A DNA stretch of 32,000 nt, taken from contig OY970350.1 in the NCBI GenBank assembly GCA_963718045.1, positions 630,001 through 662,000 of the forward strand, in the 5' to 3' direction. Position 1 is the first letter of the stretch. Each line of letters opens with the position of its first letter. Origin of the DNA: Candidatus Saccharimonadota bacterium. Lineage in GTDB: Bacteria > Patescibacteriota > Saccharimonadia > Saccharimonadales > UBA4665. The translations under genes and the position numbers were made by a program. This document shows, piece after piece, positions 1 through 7,864 of this stretch. The notes under the pieces are model-generated. The model was not told the DNA's origin and searched no databases. It saw nothing but the letters and a program-made list of their open reading frames with translations.

Positions 1-150
1 GTTAGGTTACGGAATCATGCTCTTAAAGGTAAATATTTAGGTTACAGAAGTATTGATGTTATGGGTGACGTAAGAGCACTATACACAATAAAAGGAGACG
101 AGGTTATTATTTTTGGCTTTATTGGATCACATAGTCGGCTGTATGGTTAG
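1..150 (+). CDS. YafQ/RelE-family type II toxin (mRNA interferase), C-terminal fragment; the 5' end lies outside the window
   Basis: Frame 1 is open from base 1 to TAG at 148-150. It translates to VRLRNHALKGKYLGYRSIDVMGDVRALYTIKGDEVIIFGFIGSHSRLYG. This follows the C-terminal pattern of E. coli YafQ as I recall it (HPLxGxWKGYRxxHVxPDWxLIYKxxDxxLxxxRTGTHxxLFG). It is absent from the ORF track because the window edge truncates it. Confidence 0.6.
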   Translation, partial: VRLRNHALKGKYLGYRSIDVMGDVRALYTIKGDEVIIFGFIGSHSRLYG

Positions 151-665
151 CCTATTTTATTGTGTATGAAGTAGTAGCTTGAAGCAGTACTTGCAGGCAT
201 TATCCGCGTATCAACCTCGTCAAAACCAACTCTATTCATTTCTGAAATAGTCCAACTACCATTATCAGGATTGACACTCTCAACAAATGCCACGTGACCT
301 AGCCCGCCAGGTGCATTAACGTCAACCATGATTGCCGTGTAGCTTGGTGTTTGATCGACTAAATAACCGTCAGCTTGGGCTCTGACAGCCCAAGTTATGG
401 CGTTGCCCCAGGTATTAGGGATAGGCTCCCCTGCTTTTGCCCGAAGAAGTGACACCCAATAGGTACAGTTGCCGAATGCATAGTCATCATTAGCAGCTAA
501 TGGTCCTTCGTATAGATATATATCCATGTTTGGGCCAGAAGACGAGGAGCCAGCCAGAACAAGTAGATTAGTCAAAGAGGACAGTGTAATTATTGGCAGA
601 AGCAATAATGTGATAAGAACCGCTGCAGCTATACCGCTATATAACTTTATGTTACTTTTTAGCAT
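147..665 (-). CDS. CHAP-domain peptidoglycan hydrolase with an N-terminal membrane anchor or signal; VirB1/PrgK-type T4SS cell-wall hydrolase analogue
   Basis: ATG start. Hydrophobic N-terminus GIAAAVLITLLLLPIITL. CHAP catalytic motifs are present: Cys in FGNCTYWV, His in GHVAFVE, then ISEMN. It is the last gene of the T4SS cluster and overlaps the virB4 stop by 14 nt. Confidence 0.8.
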   Translation of the reverse strand: MLKSNIKLYSGIAAAVLITLLLLPIITLSSLTNLLVLAGSSSSGPNMDIYLYEGPLAANDDYAFGNCTYWVSLLRAKAGEPIPNTWGNAITWAVRAQADGYLVDQTPSYTAIMVDVNAPGGLGHVAFVESVNPDNGSWTISEMNRVGFDEVDTRIMPASTASSYYFIHNKIG

Positions 666-2367
666 ATAGCTCGCTAGGATCTGTTGTTATTAGCGGATGC
701 TCACTGTTTGATGCCACTATCTTAACCGCCACGTGCGTTTGGTCAACAATCATAAGACTGTCACCTCGTTCAGTTGTAAGCAGGTAATTTCTTTCAAATT
801 CGCTTAGATTAAACTCACTGACAACGTTCTTAATAGTTGTCGAATCCTGGCGCATTAAGATTCTAAGAGCACTTTGCGAAGCAATTGCCCGGCCGTATTT
901 ATTGTTTAAAAAGTCATTGGCTTGCTGGGATATGATTGATACGCCCAGGTAATATTTCCTCGCCCTCCTAACTAGACCGGCAATAAATCTGGCACTATCT
1001 TCATGTTCTAAAAGCAGCCAGCCTTCATCTATTATTAGAAGTCTCTTACTAGGTTCAGCTTTAATCTGATTGGATACAAAGTTAGCTATTATTAACATCA
1101 TCACTTGCCGCAAACTTTCCGGTATGTCCTTTATATCGAAAACAATTAGACGGTTAGTTAGTTTAATGTTCGTCGGTGAATTAAAGACTTCTGACATTGA
1201 GCCGTTGACGTACTTGTCCAGTCTCTCGGTTAATTTTGTTTGGCTTAGTTTTCCTAATTCGGTATATAGATCGCTAAGCAACGGCGCAGTTGACTGGTTT
1301 GTTTTTAGTACCGCTAAAAGTGCTTTGTCTACCATAGACCTTTCACGAGCTGAAAGACCTTCGGCAAGCAAAGATATTATGTCGGTGACGTTATCTATAT
1401 GCTCACTTTGCTGTTTTTTATTTAAGCTGGCTGCCAATGGGTCAAGCGGGTTAATTCTTTGTTTTGATCTTAAAGACAGTTTAATATATGTGCCCTTTAC
1501 CGACTGGCTGAGGTTTAGATATTCTCTTTCAGGATCAATGACTATTACTTTCGTACCATTAGTTAGCTGTCTTAATATTTCAACTTTAGTCAGATAGCTT
1601 TTACCGCTGCCTGATTGGGCAAAGACTATAGAATTAGCATTCGGCAAAGAGAAACGGTCAATAATAACCAGCGAATCGTTAGACTTATTTATACCAAACA
1701 ATATGCCGCTGGGCTGGACTAGTTCAGACGACATAAATGGAAATGTCAGAGCGGCAGATGAACTATCTAAGTTTCGTTTATATTCAAGTTCATCCGTTGC
1801 CCTGGGTAAGACTGATTGAAGGGCAGCTAATTGCTCGTACCTTGCTGGCTTAGTTAGGAATAGTCTTGAAGACATTGTCGATTCTAGCAGAGTGGTTATT
1901 CTGTCCAATTCACTTAGGTCTTTTGCTCTTAGGGCAACGTAAATACTTATTTGGAAAAGCTTCTCTTGTCCTCTTAAGATTTTGTCTCTTAGTTCAATGG
2001 CCGACTCTAGCGGATCGGTTATCTCCGAGCTTAGTATTCTGCCGGCCTTCATCATGGCTCTCTTGGTAGATTCAAGTTCGGTTATTTTTCGGTGTAGCTT
2101 AGGCAGAGCAAAAAGAGCAGATATTTCTTGAAGATGATAGCTGATATCTATGTTGTGGCTGAAATTAATTAGATTGTCTAACCAGCCACTACTGGCAACA
2201 TAGGGATAACCAGAGATAAATATTACTCTTACGAATTGCCCGTCAATGATTAAGTGATCTGGCAGTTCCTCAAGTCCGCTATATGAAAAATGGTCAACAA
2301 TCGTCTGTTCACCCAACCGGTATTTTAGTTCGTCAGGATTAATCTTTGGCTTTTTATGGTTAATCAT
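652..2367 (-). CDS. virB4: VirB4/TraE/PrgJ-family T4SS ATPase
   Basis: Walker A AQSGSGKSYLTK, Walker B RLLIIDEGW, and the conserved block DGQFVRVIFISGYPYVASSGWLDNL typical of VirB4-type ATPases. The track ORF starts at GTG 2376. I prefer ATG 2367 because GAAGG lies about 9 nt upstream and this start gives an ATGATTAA start/stop overlap with the upstream ORF. Confidence 0.85.
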   Translation of the reverse strand: MINHKKPKINPDELKYRLGEQTIVDHFSYSGLEELPDHLIIDGQFVRVIFISGYPYVASSGWLDNLINFSHNIDISYHLQEISALFALPKLHRKITELESTKRAMMKAGRILSSEITDPLESAIELRDKILRGQEKLFQISIYVALRAKDLSELDRITTLLESTMSSRLFLTKPARYEQLAALQSVLPRATDELEYKRNLDSSSAALTFPFMSSELVQPSGILFGINKSNDSLVIIDRFSLPNANSIVFAQSGSGKSYLTKVEILRQLTNGTKVIVIDPEREYLNLSQSVKGTYIKLSLRSKQRINPLDPLAASLNKKQQSEHIDNVTDIISLLAEGLSARERSMVDKALLAVLKTNQSTAPLLSDLYTELGKLSQTKLTERLDKYVNGSMSEVFNSPTNIKLTNRLIVFDIKDIPESLRQVMMLIIANFVSNQIKAEPSKRLLIIDEGWLLLEHEDSARFIAGLVRRARKYYLGVSIISQQANDFLNNKYGRAIASQSALRILMRQDSTTIKNVVSEFNLSEFERNYLLTTERGDSLMIVDQTHVAVKIVASNSEHPLITTDPSELYAKK

Positions 2368-2995
2368 CTTGCCCACCCTTCAGCACAAATTCTGAACCCA
2401 TAACATCTAGTGCTTTTTGGCTAAGTGGTTGGGTTTTTGACCTTTCCGGAGAGTAAAAACTGTAGAAGAGGTCAATTACTTCTATTGAACCCAGTTGCTT
2501 GGTGATAATGCCTAGTCTGCTTAAATTCTTGGACACTATATCCGCTCTTATGGACAATTGGTCTCGAATACTGGCTATACCTATGTTTTTTATATCGTCA
2601 TATGGAATGACTACATAAAACTGTCTGCTTAAGATTTTGTTAGAACTAATTAAAGTGGAAATGAACTTTCTATAGCTAATCAGCTGTGCTTTGTATATTT
2701 CTTCAGGCTCTTCGTCAAGCCGCAGATTTAATGAGTTTAGATAGTCATCAATATCTATTTCCCTAGTCCTTATTAGAAGCTGGATTGGAAATCCGATTGA
2801 GTTTAAGAAACTTTCAAAGGTATCTATTAGCGCGTCCTTTTCGTCTTCACTTTTTAGTTCAAAGTTAATTGAGCTGGTTGCCATCACTTGGCGGTACTTA
2901 TTATTAGACAGCTTCAATATGCCGCCTGAAATATCGCGAATATCTACCTGGGAAGAACTGCTTCCCTTCTTACCGAGAATAACTGACTTTAACAA
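2360..2995 (-). CDS. T4SS-associated protein, possibly a separately encoded VirB4 N-terminal domain
   Basis: TTG start preceded by a strong SD, AGGAGGA (3000-3006 on the plus strand), 4 nt upstream. The segment DIRDISGGILKLSNNKYRQVMATSSINFELKSEDEKDALIDTFESFLN resembles the extreme N-terminus of long monoderm VirB4 proteins, from memory. It sits between the PrgI-like gene and virB4. Confidence 0.5.
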   Translation of the reverse strand: MLKSVILGKKGSSSSQVDIRDISGGILKLSNNKYRQVMATSSINFELKSEDEKDALIDTFESFLNSIGFPIQLLIRTREIDIDDYLNSLNLRLDEEPEEIYKAQLISYRKFISTLISSNKILSRQFYVVIPYDDIKNIGIASIRDQLSIRADIVSKNLSRLGIITKQLGSIEVIDLFYSFYSPERSKTQPLSQKALDVMGSEFVLKGGQDD

Positions 2996-3458
2996 TTAAT
3001 CCTCCTGCTCTCTGATGAAAAGTTACGCTGTATTTCTGATCACTCAGCAACTTATGACCGATACCGCTGGACTTCATTTCTTGACGGGCTTCTTTGACTG
3101 TAAAAGTGTGTTTAGATCTCGGCTTTATAGGTTCAGAGATTTTTGTCAAAACATGGGTCAGTGGTTGTTTTTTGAAAACATAAACATGCGGACGAAGCTC
3201 ATATTTAGCTCTTAGTTTTAAGATATCTATAACTAAGTGGCTGTTTATTCTAAGTGCCAGTAAGGCGCATACTGCTGAAATGAAAATAATGAGTATTAGT
3301 TTATATATGGAAAATTTACCGAGAGGCGGCAAGATAAAGTAAATAACCGCGCTAATAAATATTGGTACGGCCAATAACAAAATTTGTGTCAGATTTAAGT
3401 TACCGGCTATCCGGTCTTCAACTGTCGTAATTTGAGCGGGTATGACTGAGACTCTCAT
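2970..3458 (-). CDS. PrgI-family / VirB3-like small T4SS membrane protein
   Basis: ATG overlaps the upstream stop (TAATG). N-terminal TTVEDRIAGNLNLTQILLL is followed by two hydrophobic helices. Its position between the VirB6-like gene and virB4 matches the PrgH-PrgI-PrgJ order of pCF10. Confidence 0.65.
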   Translation of the reverse strand: MRVSVIPAQITTVEDRIAGNLNLTQILLLAVPIFISAVIYFILPPLGKFSIYKLILIIFISAVCALLALRINSHLVIDILKLRAKYELRPHVYVFKKQPLTHVLTKISEPIKPRSKHTFTVKEARQEMKSSGIGHKLLSDQKYSVTFHQRAGGLIVKVSYSR

Positions 3459-4804
3459 TATTTAACCTCGCTCCTATTTGTCGGCATAGGCGACTCAGAA
3501 GGTTTCGTCTGGCCGGCTGACTTAGTTTCTGGTAAGTTGCTAAATTTAAGACTGTTTGAATTTGAATAATTACGGCCTCTAGTTCTTCCGGAATTAGTCG
3601 GCAAGTAGCTATTAATTGTATTGACTGCCTGGCTGCCAATATAGCTGGCGCCCATGACAATTCTCTCAGCGATTTGCCGTGACATTCTGGGGCCGATTGA
3701 GGCGTAAGATAACTGGTTCATTACTCCTTGTGTCTTTAAGAGAGCAACAAGTGTAGCCAGGCCGACAATCATGGCCATAAGCGGATCGGGTGTTTGATTT
3801 GTGCTAATAATGCCGGTTAGCAATGAGGCCGCTAATTCTAAAATGACGACATGGACGAATAGAACGAAGATAGCCGAGAAATACCGCTTACAAGCGGATA
3901 TGGCCATATCTCTTAAACCAGGCAGCAGCCAGCAAAGGATAACAATAGGAGCAAGAACTGCGCCAAGATAAATAGTTACAATACGGCCGACGTAAAAGAT
4001 TAGGAGAATTACACTGAAGACCAAGAAAATGGTCATAATAATCAGGGCAGCAAGGCCATAAGCAGATGGCTGTTTAACTACTTCGCTTAAAACGTTCCAG
4101 ACACTTTGGGCAGCATTATTATTGCTGATCGCTTTTATTAAAATATTAGACAGTCCAATCACGGCATCGATAATAAATATTGAGCTGTTAATGAACATAA
4201 AGGCGATAGATATCTGGGGCAGTAACTGTCTTATGTTTACTTCACCAATACCCAGACTATAAAAACCCATCACATGCAGACCGAGGAAGACTATACATAG
4301 CACCATCAGTGCATCAGCTATGCCGACACTGCTAACCCATAGGTTAAATACACTATGGTTGGCTGCCGCCAGTGGCGTACCAGACGTAAAATAGCTTAGA
4401 GCCTTTAGAAATGGTATGGCAACAGTCTCAACAATGGCACTCAGTACGCCTGTAATGGCTTTTATAATTACCGTGATTAGACCACCCGATGAGCTGGTTG
4501 GCTTAATGGCACTAAGACTTGGTACAATGCCATTTGTACCATTTACCGGTAAGGGCCCGTAGGCACTTTTTAAAAAGTTGCTGAGCAGAGCAGCAGCTAG
4601 GACAATCACTAATCCGATTAGAGCATTTTTGATAATCCTTTTAGCCCGAATTAGATTCTCAGGATTACCTGAGCTGGTTATATATTGATAACCGCCAATC
4701 ATAACAAAGAGGGCGCATATGATAGAGCTAAGTAAGCTTATTTCAGTAACTACCGGTGCGATTGATGAGCTGACTATGCTAGTTGCATCGGCAAAAAAGA
4801 ACAT
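3458..4804 (-). CDS. VirB6/TrbL-like polytopic T4SS channel protein with an N-terminal pilin-like module
   Basis: 448 aa with many hydrophobic helices and a polar Ser/Asn/Arg-rich C-terminal tail. The N-terminal 80 aa (GGYQYITSSGNPENLIRAKRIIKNALIGLVIVLAAALL) is a paralogue of the adjacent 116-aa pilin. It starts 2 nt after the pilin stop. Confidence 0.65.
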   Translation of the reverse strand: MFFFADATSIVSSSIAPVVTEISLLSSIICALFVMIGGYQYITSSGNPENLIRAKRIIKNALIGLVIVLAAALLSNFLKSAYGPLPVNGTNGIVPSLSAIKPTSSSGGLITVIIKAITGVLSAIVETVAIPFLKALSYFTSGTPLAAANHSVFNLWVSSVGIADALMVLCIVFLGLHVMGFYSLGIGEVNIRQLLPQISIAFMFINSSIFIIDAVIGLSNILIKAISNNNAAQSVWNVLSEVVKQPSAYGLAALIIMTIFLVFSVILLIFYVGRIVTIYLGAVLAPIVILCWLLPGLRDMAISACKRYFSAIFVLFVHVVILELAASLLTGIISTNQTPDPLMAMIVGLATLVALLKTQGVMNQLSYASIGPRMSRQIAERIVMGASYIGSQAVNTINSYLPTNSGRTRGRNYSNSNSLKFSNLPETKSAGQTKPSESPMPTNRSEVK

Positions 4805-4806
4805 GT

Positions 4807-5157
4807 CTAGCTCCCAAATGCATTAGAGGCTAAGTTACCTACTATGTCAGACAAAACAAAGGCAGCAATAGTGATGGCCAGCCCAATAGCTGAGAATAGT
4901 ATTGTTCTCTTTGCCTTTTCAAGCCTCTGCGGATTTCCTGAGCTAGTAATATAACTGAAGCCGCCTACTACAAAAAAGCCTGTGGCGACAAGGCCAGCCA
5001 GTCCAGCTAGGGCCTCAATGACAGTTTTAATAAAGTTAGAAACTTGAGAAACATCGGCTGTCGCCGAATCTGCGTAGGAGGTAGAGAGCACTACATACGG
5101 CGACAGCACGATCAAAAATGAAAAGTATTTTAATATCAGTCGTTTATAGTCAGCCAT
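4807..5157 (-). CDS. T4SS pilin (VirB2/TrbC-like; CPR/monoderm T4SS pilin type)
   Basis: 116 aa with a signal-like N-terminus (FSFLIVLSPYVVLSTSYA) followed by two hydrophobic helices. The helices flank the loop YITSSGNPQRLEKAKRT, giving VirB2-like topology. It is the first gene of the cluster. Confidence 0.65.
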   Translation of the reverse strand: MADYKRLILKYFSFLIVLSPYVVLSTSYADSATADVSQVSNFIKTVIEALAGLAGLVATGFFVVGGFSYITSSGNPQRLEKAKRTILFSAIGLAITIAAFVLSDIVGNLASNAFGS

Positions 5158-5161
5158 CCAA

Positions 5162-5185
5162 ATGTCCTATTAAGGCTAAGGACAT
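5162..5185 (-). promoter_or_regulatory. 5'-UTR hairpin overlapping the Shine-Dalgarno sequence of the T4SS pilin gene
   Basis: The minus strand reads ATGTCCT-TAGCCTTAAT-AGGACAT-TTGG-ATG. This is a perfect 7-bp inverted repeat, and its 3' arm contains the only SD-like AGGA, 7 nt from the ATG. Confidence 0.3.
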
Positions 5186-5354
5186 CATAAAAAGCCAGCT
5201 GCAGCATAACATTCTTAAGCAATTAGTAATTATTAAAGAAGATTAAATAGCTAAAATTACTATCCGTTATCTGTTGTGTTTATGTCTTCAGGTTTTTATT
5301 TAATAAAGATTAAACTCTAGCCGCCAATATATATCGAAAAACTGTAAGTTGAAT

Positions 5355-6269
5355 TTATGAGTTTGATGATTCGACTATCTTTGGTACACCTAGGCGATCC
5401 CGAACTTTAAGCAGAGCAATAACCACCCCTAGGATTAGGAGGAAGGCTATATAGACTGACCTGTCTATCACGTTAGCAAGAACAATTGTTGATGAAGACA
5501 AATGATTAAGTTTCTCACTTAGGATTAAGAAGCTTTCCCTTATGCCGATGGCACCGGGGGTGAGGGCGACAAATAGTGCCAGATTGGCCGTACCGGTATA
5601 TGTCACAACCTGGCTGAACTTAACGCCGTGCTTTACGCTATGAATTTCAATCATATATATTATTGTTTGTAAGACTACCTGAGCTAGTGTAATAAGCGCC
5701 AAATACGAAAAACTTTTAAAGTGCAGTTTTAATCGAGCTTTTTGGTTTCTTCTTAGATATATCTTTATGCCTAGAACTGCTATAGCTATAACCGCTAGGA
5801 TAATTGGCAGGGTTAGATAATATGGCTGGCTGCCGGCCAGTATAAAGATGACCGATATAACAGCGTAAGTTAAATAATAGATGATAGTTGCTAGGGTGTA
5901 GTCCAGATATTTAAGCTGATAGTTCTTCTTCATATAATAGGCCCTGAAAGCAACACCTGTTTGGCCGGGAATAAAGAAGTTCATAAATAGTGAATAGCAG
6001 TTAATCAGGCTGTTTTCTTTTAGTTTTAGTCTCTTGCCGTTTAAATACATAGTCGCTTGAAATATGCCAATGAGAACACCAAGCATAAGAACGTAAAGCC
6101 CAAATACTTCGGCAGTTACATAGAGCGGTACATGTTTCAGGGAGGTTAACAGATTATGGTGTTTGTCGAAAAAGTAGACGGCAGCTGCTATAGTCGCTAA
6201 AATTAAGAGTGCACTAACGGTCTTTTTGGGAAAGTTAATGTATTTCTTGAGTTGATCTTTAGTATTCAT
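5355..6269 (-). CDS. Flippase-like domain membrane protein (MprF N-terminal / LPG-synthase-TM family)
   Basis: 304 aa, polytopic. Family-typical motifs are FIPGQTGVAFRAYYMKK and TPGAIGIRESFLIL. It is adjacent to glycosyltransferase genes. Confidence 0.6.
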   Translation of the reverse strand: MNTKDQLKKYINFPKKTVSALLILATIAAAVYFFDKHHNLLTSLKHVPLYVTAEVFGLYVLMLGVLIGIFQATMYLNGKRLKLKENSLINCYSLFMNFFIPGQTGVAFRAYYMKKNYQLKYLDYTLATIIYYLTYAVISVIFILAGSQPYYLTLPIILAVIAIAVLGIKIYLRRNQKARLKLHFKSFSYLALITLAQVVLQTIIYMIEIHSVKHGVKFSQVVTYTGTANLALFVALTPGAIGIRESFLILSEKLNHLSSSTIVLANVIDRSVYIAFLLILGVVIALLKVRDRLGVPKIVESSNS

Positions 6270-6331
6270 AAGTTAACTCTAATCATTTTAGAGTATTCTG
6301 ATACAAATCGTGGATAATATTAACGAGTATT

Positions 6332-7864
6332 ATGTTAAATAAAGTATCTGGTAGAGTCCTGAAGGTTATTAATAGTCGTGGGTTTTTTTGGTTTGTTATT
6401 GGCTTTTTTATCTTTGAAGCAGCTTGGATTGCCCTGACTGCTGCCTACCCTCAAGCCTTTGACGAACAATTTCACTTTGGTCTAATTAAAATATATTCAT
6501 ACCATTTATCGCCGTTTCTAACTAAACAGCCGGCTGGTGGTAATGCCTACGGAGCTGTCGCCAGAGATCCATCGTATCTATATCACTATCTGATGAGTTT
6601 TCCGTACCGTTTAATCGAGCTGTTCACCAAACAGCAGACTTACCAGGTTATTACTTTAAGGTTTATTGATATCTTTTTGTTTGCCCACGGCCTTGTTCTA
6701 TTTAAGAAGATTTTAATCAGAGCTAAAGTATCCGCGGGATATGCTAACCTGGCTATCCTAATCTTTGCCCTGATCCCGATTGTGCCTCAGCTTGCCGGTC
6801 AAATAAATTATGACGACTTATTATTCCCGCTGGTAGCTTTTATTTGTTTACTCAGCTTTAAGCTGATTGATGAAATTAAGAAGTTAAAGCCCCAGTTTAG
6901 GACAGTTTTTATACTTCTAATTACCGCTATCCTGACCAGTCTCGTTAAGTATGCCTTCCTGCCAATATTCCTAGCTATTATCTGTTTCTTTGTCTTTTAT
7001 CTGCTATGGACTTACCGGACAAAACTAAAGACAATTTCGTCTAATTTTATCTCCAGTTTTAAAACAGAATCACTAGTCTTAAAGACAGTGCTTATCTTGG
7101 GACTGATTCTTTCGGTTTTTATGTTCGCCCAAAGAGACATAGTTAATCTGATAGATTATCATACTGTTGACCCAAACTGCTCGAGTGTCTTAAGCGTTAA
7201 TCAGTGCAAAGCCTACTCTGCCTGGTATGCCGATTACGAGCGGCACGTCAATGTTCTGGCTAAACATATTAAACCGTCCAGTAATTTTTTTGTCTACATC
7301 TTTGAGTGGCTTTATTGGGTGTGGTATAGGCTGTTTTTTGCGGTTAACGGTCCAGCCAGTAACTTCACCAATTACCCACCACTGCCTGTTCCATGTGCCG
7401 TTGCTTTAGTTATTGGTCTATTTGGCATTATTGCTGCCATTAAGTTCAGAAAAGAATTATTTAAAGATAATCCTTATTCGACACTTATGATAATTGCCAG
7501 TGCTTTTTATGTTATTGCCCTGATACTTCAGGGTTATTCAACTTATAGGTATACAGCTACACTTGAGAACATGAACGGCCGATATTTACTTCCCGTTTTA
7601 TTACTAACAGGCGCCGTATTCGTGAAAGCCTTCTCGTTGGCATTTAGAAAGTATAACCACTTAAAAGTTATTATTGCCTGTGTCATTGTGCTTATGTTCC
7701 TAGAAGGCGGCGGTATTTTAACCTACATTATAAGAAGCGATAACACCTGGTACTTTCAGAACTCAAAGGTTATTCGTGCCAATGAAGTAGCTAAAAAAAT
7801 AAGCAAAAAGGTGGTTGTCAGCGGCAAGAAGTCTTACTCAACCAGTATCTGGTTTTTTAACTAA
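6332..7864 (+). CDS. GT-C fold membrane glycosyltransferase, PMT/ArnT-like (family 39-like)
   Basis: 510 aa with more than 10 hydrophobic helices. The first extracytoplasmic loop carries AFDEQFHFGLIKIY, which resembles the catalytic FDEVHFGKF motif of protein O-mannosyltransferases. Its size matches bacterial PMTs that lack MIR domains. Confidence 0.5.
   Translation: MLNKVSGRVLKVINSRGFFWFVIGFFIFEAAWIALTAAYPQAFDEQFHFGLIKIYSYHLSPFLTKQPAGGNAYGAVARDPSYLYHYLMSFPYRLIELFTKQQTYQVITLRFIDIFLFAHGLVLFKKILIRAKVSAGYANLAILIFALIPIVPQLAGQINYDDLLFPLVAFICLLSFKLIDEIKKLKPQFRTVFILLITAILTSLVKYAFLPIFLAIICFFVFYLLWTYRTKLKTISSNFISSFKTESLVLKTVLILGLILSVFMFAQRDIVNLIDYHTVDPNCSSVLSVNQCKAYSAWYADYERHVNVLAKHIKPSSNFFVYIFEWLYWVWYRLFFAVNGPASNFTNYPPLPVPCAVALVIGLFGIIAAIKFRKELFKDNPYSTLMIIASAFYVIALILQGYSTYRYTATLENMNGRYLLPVLLLTGAVFVKAFSLAFRKYNHLKVIIACVIVLMFLEGGGILTYIIRSDNTWYFQNSKVIRANEVAKKISKKVVVSGKKSYSTSIWFFN

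Noticed and set aside
1070-1597. 175-aa plus-strand ORF, and the 67-aa ORF at 1866-2069, inside virB4
   Set aside because: Both are fully antisense to a gene with clear Walker A/B motifs. Their composition is low-complexity and hydrophobic, with no start context. They are typical shadow ORFs.
3418-3660. 80-aa minus-strand ORF overlapping the VirB6-like 3' end and the PrgI-like start
   Set aside because: It is out of frame within the 448-aa gene, has no SD and no recognisable motif. The locus is already explained by the TAATG-coupled gene pair.
147-5157. T4SS cluster considered as part of an integrative conjugative element or plasmid
   Set aside because: The window contains no relaxase, coupling protein, integrase, replication gene or flanking direct repeats. 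I did not call a mobile element. It remains an open question, noted in the findings.
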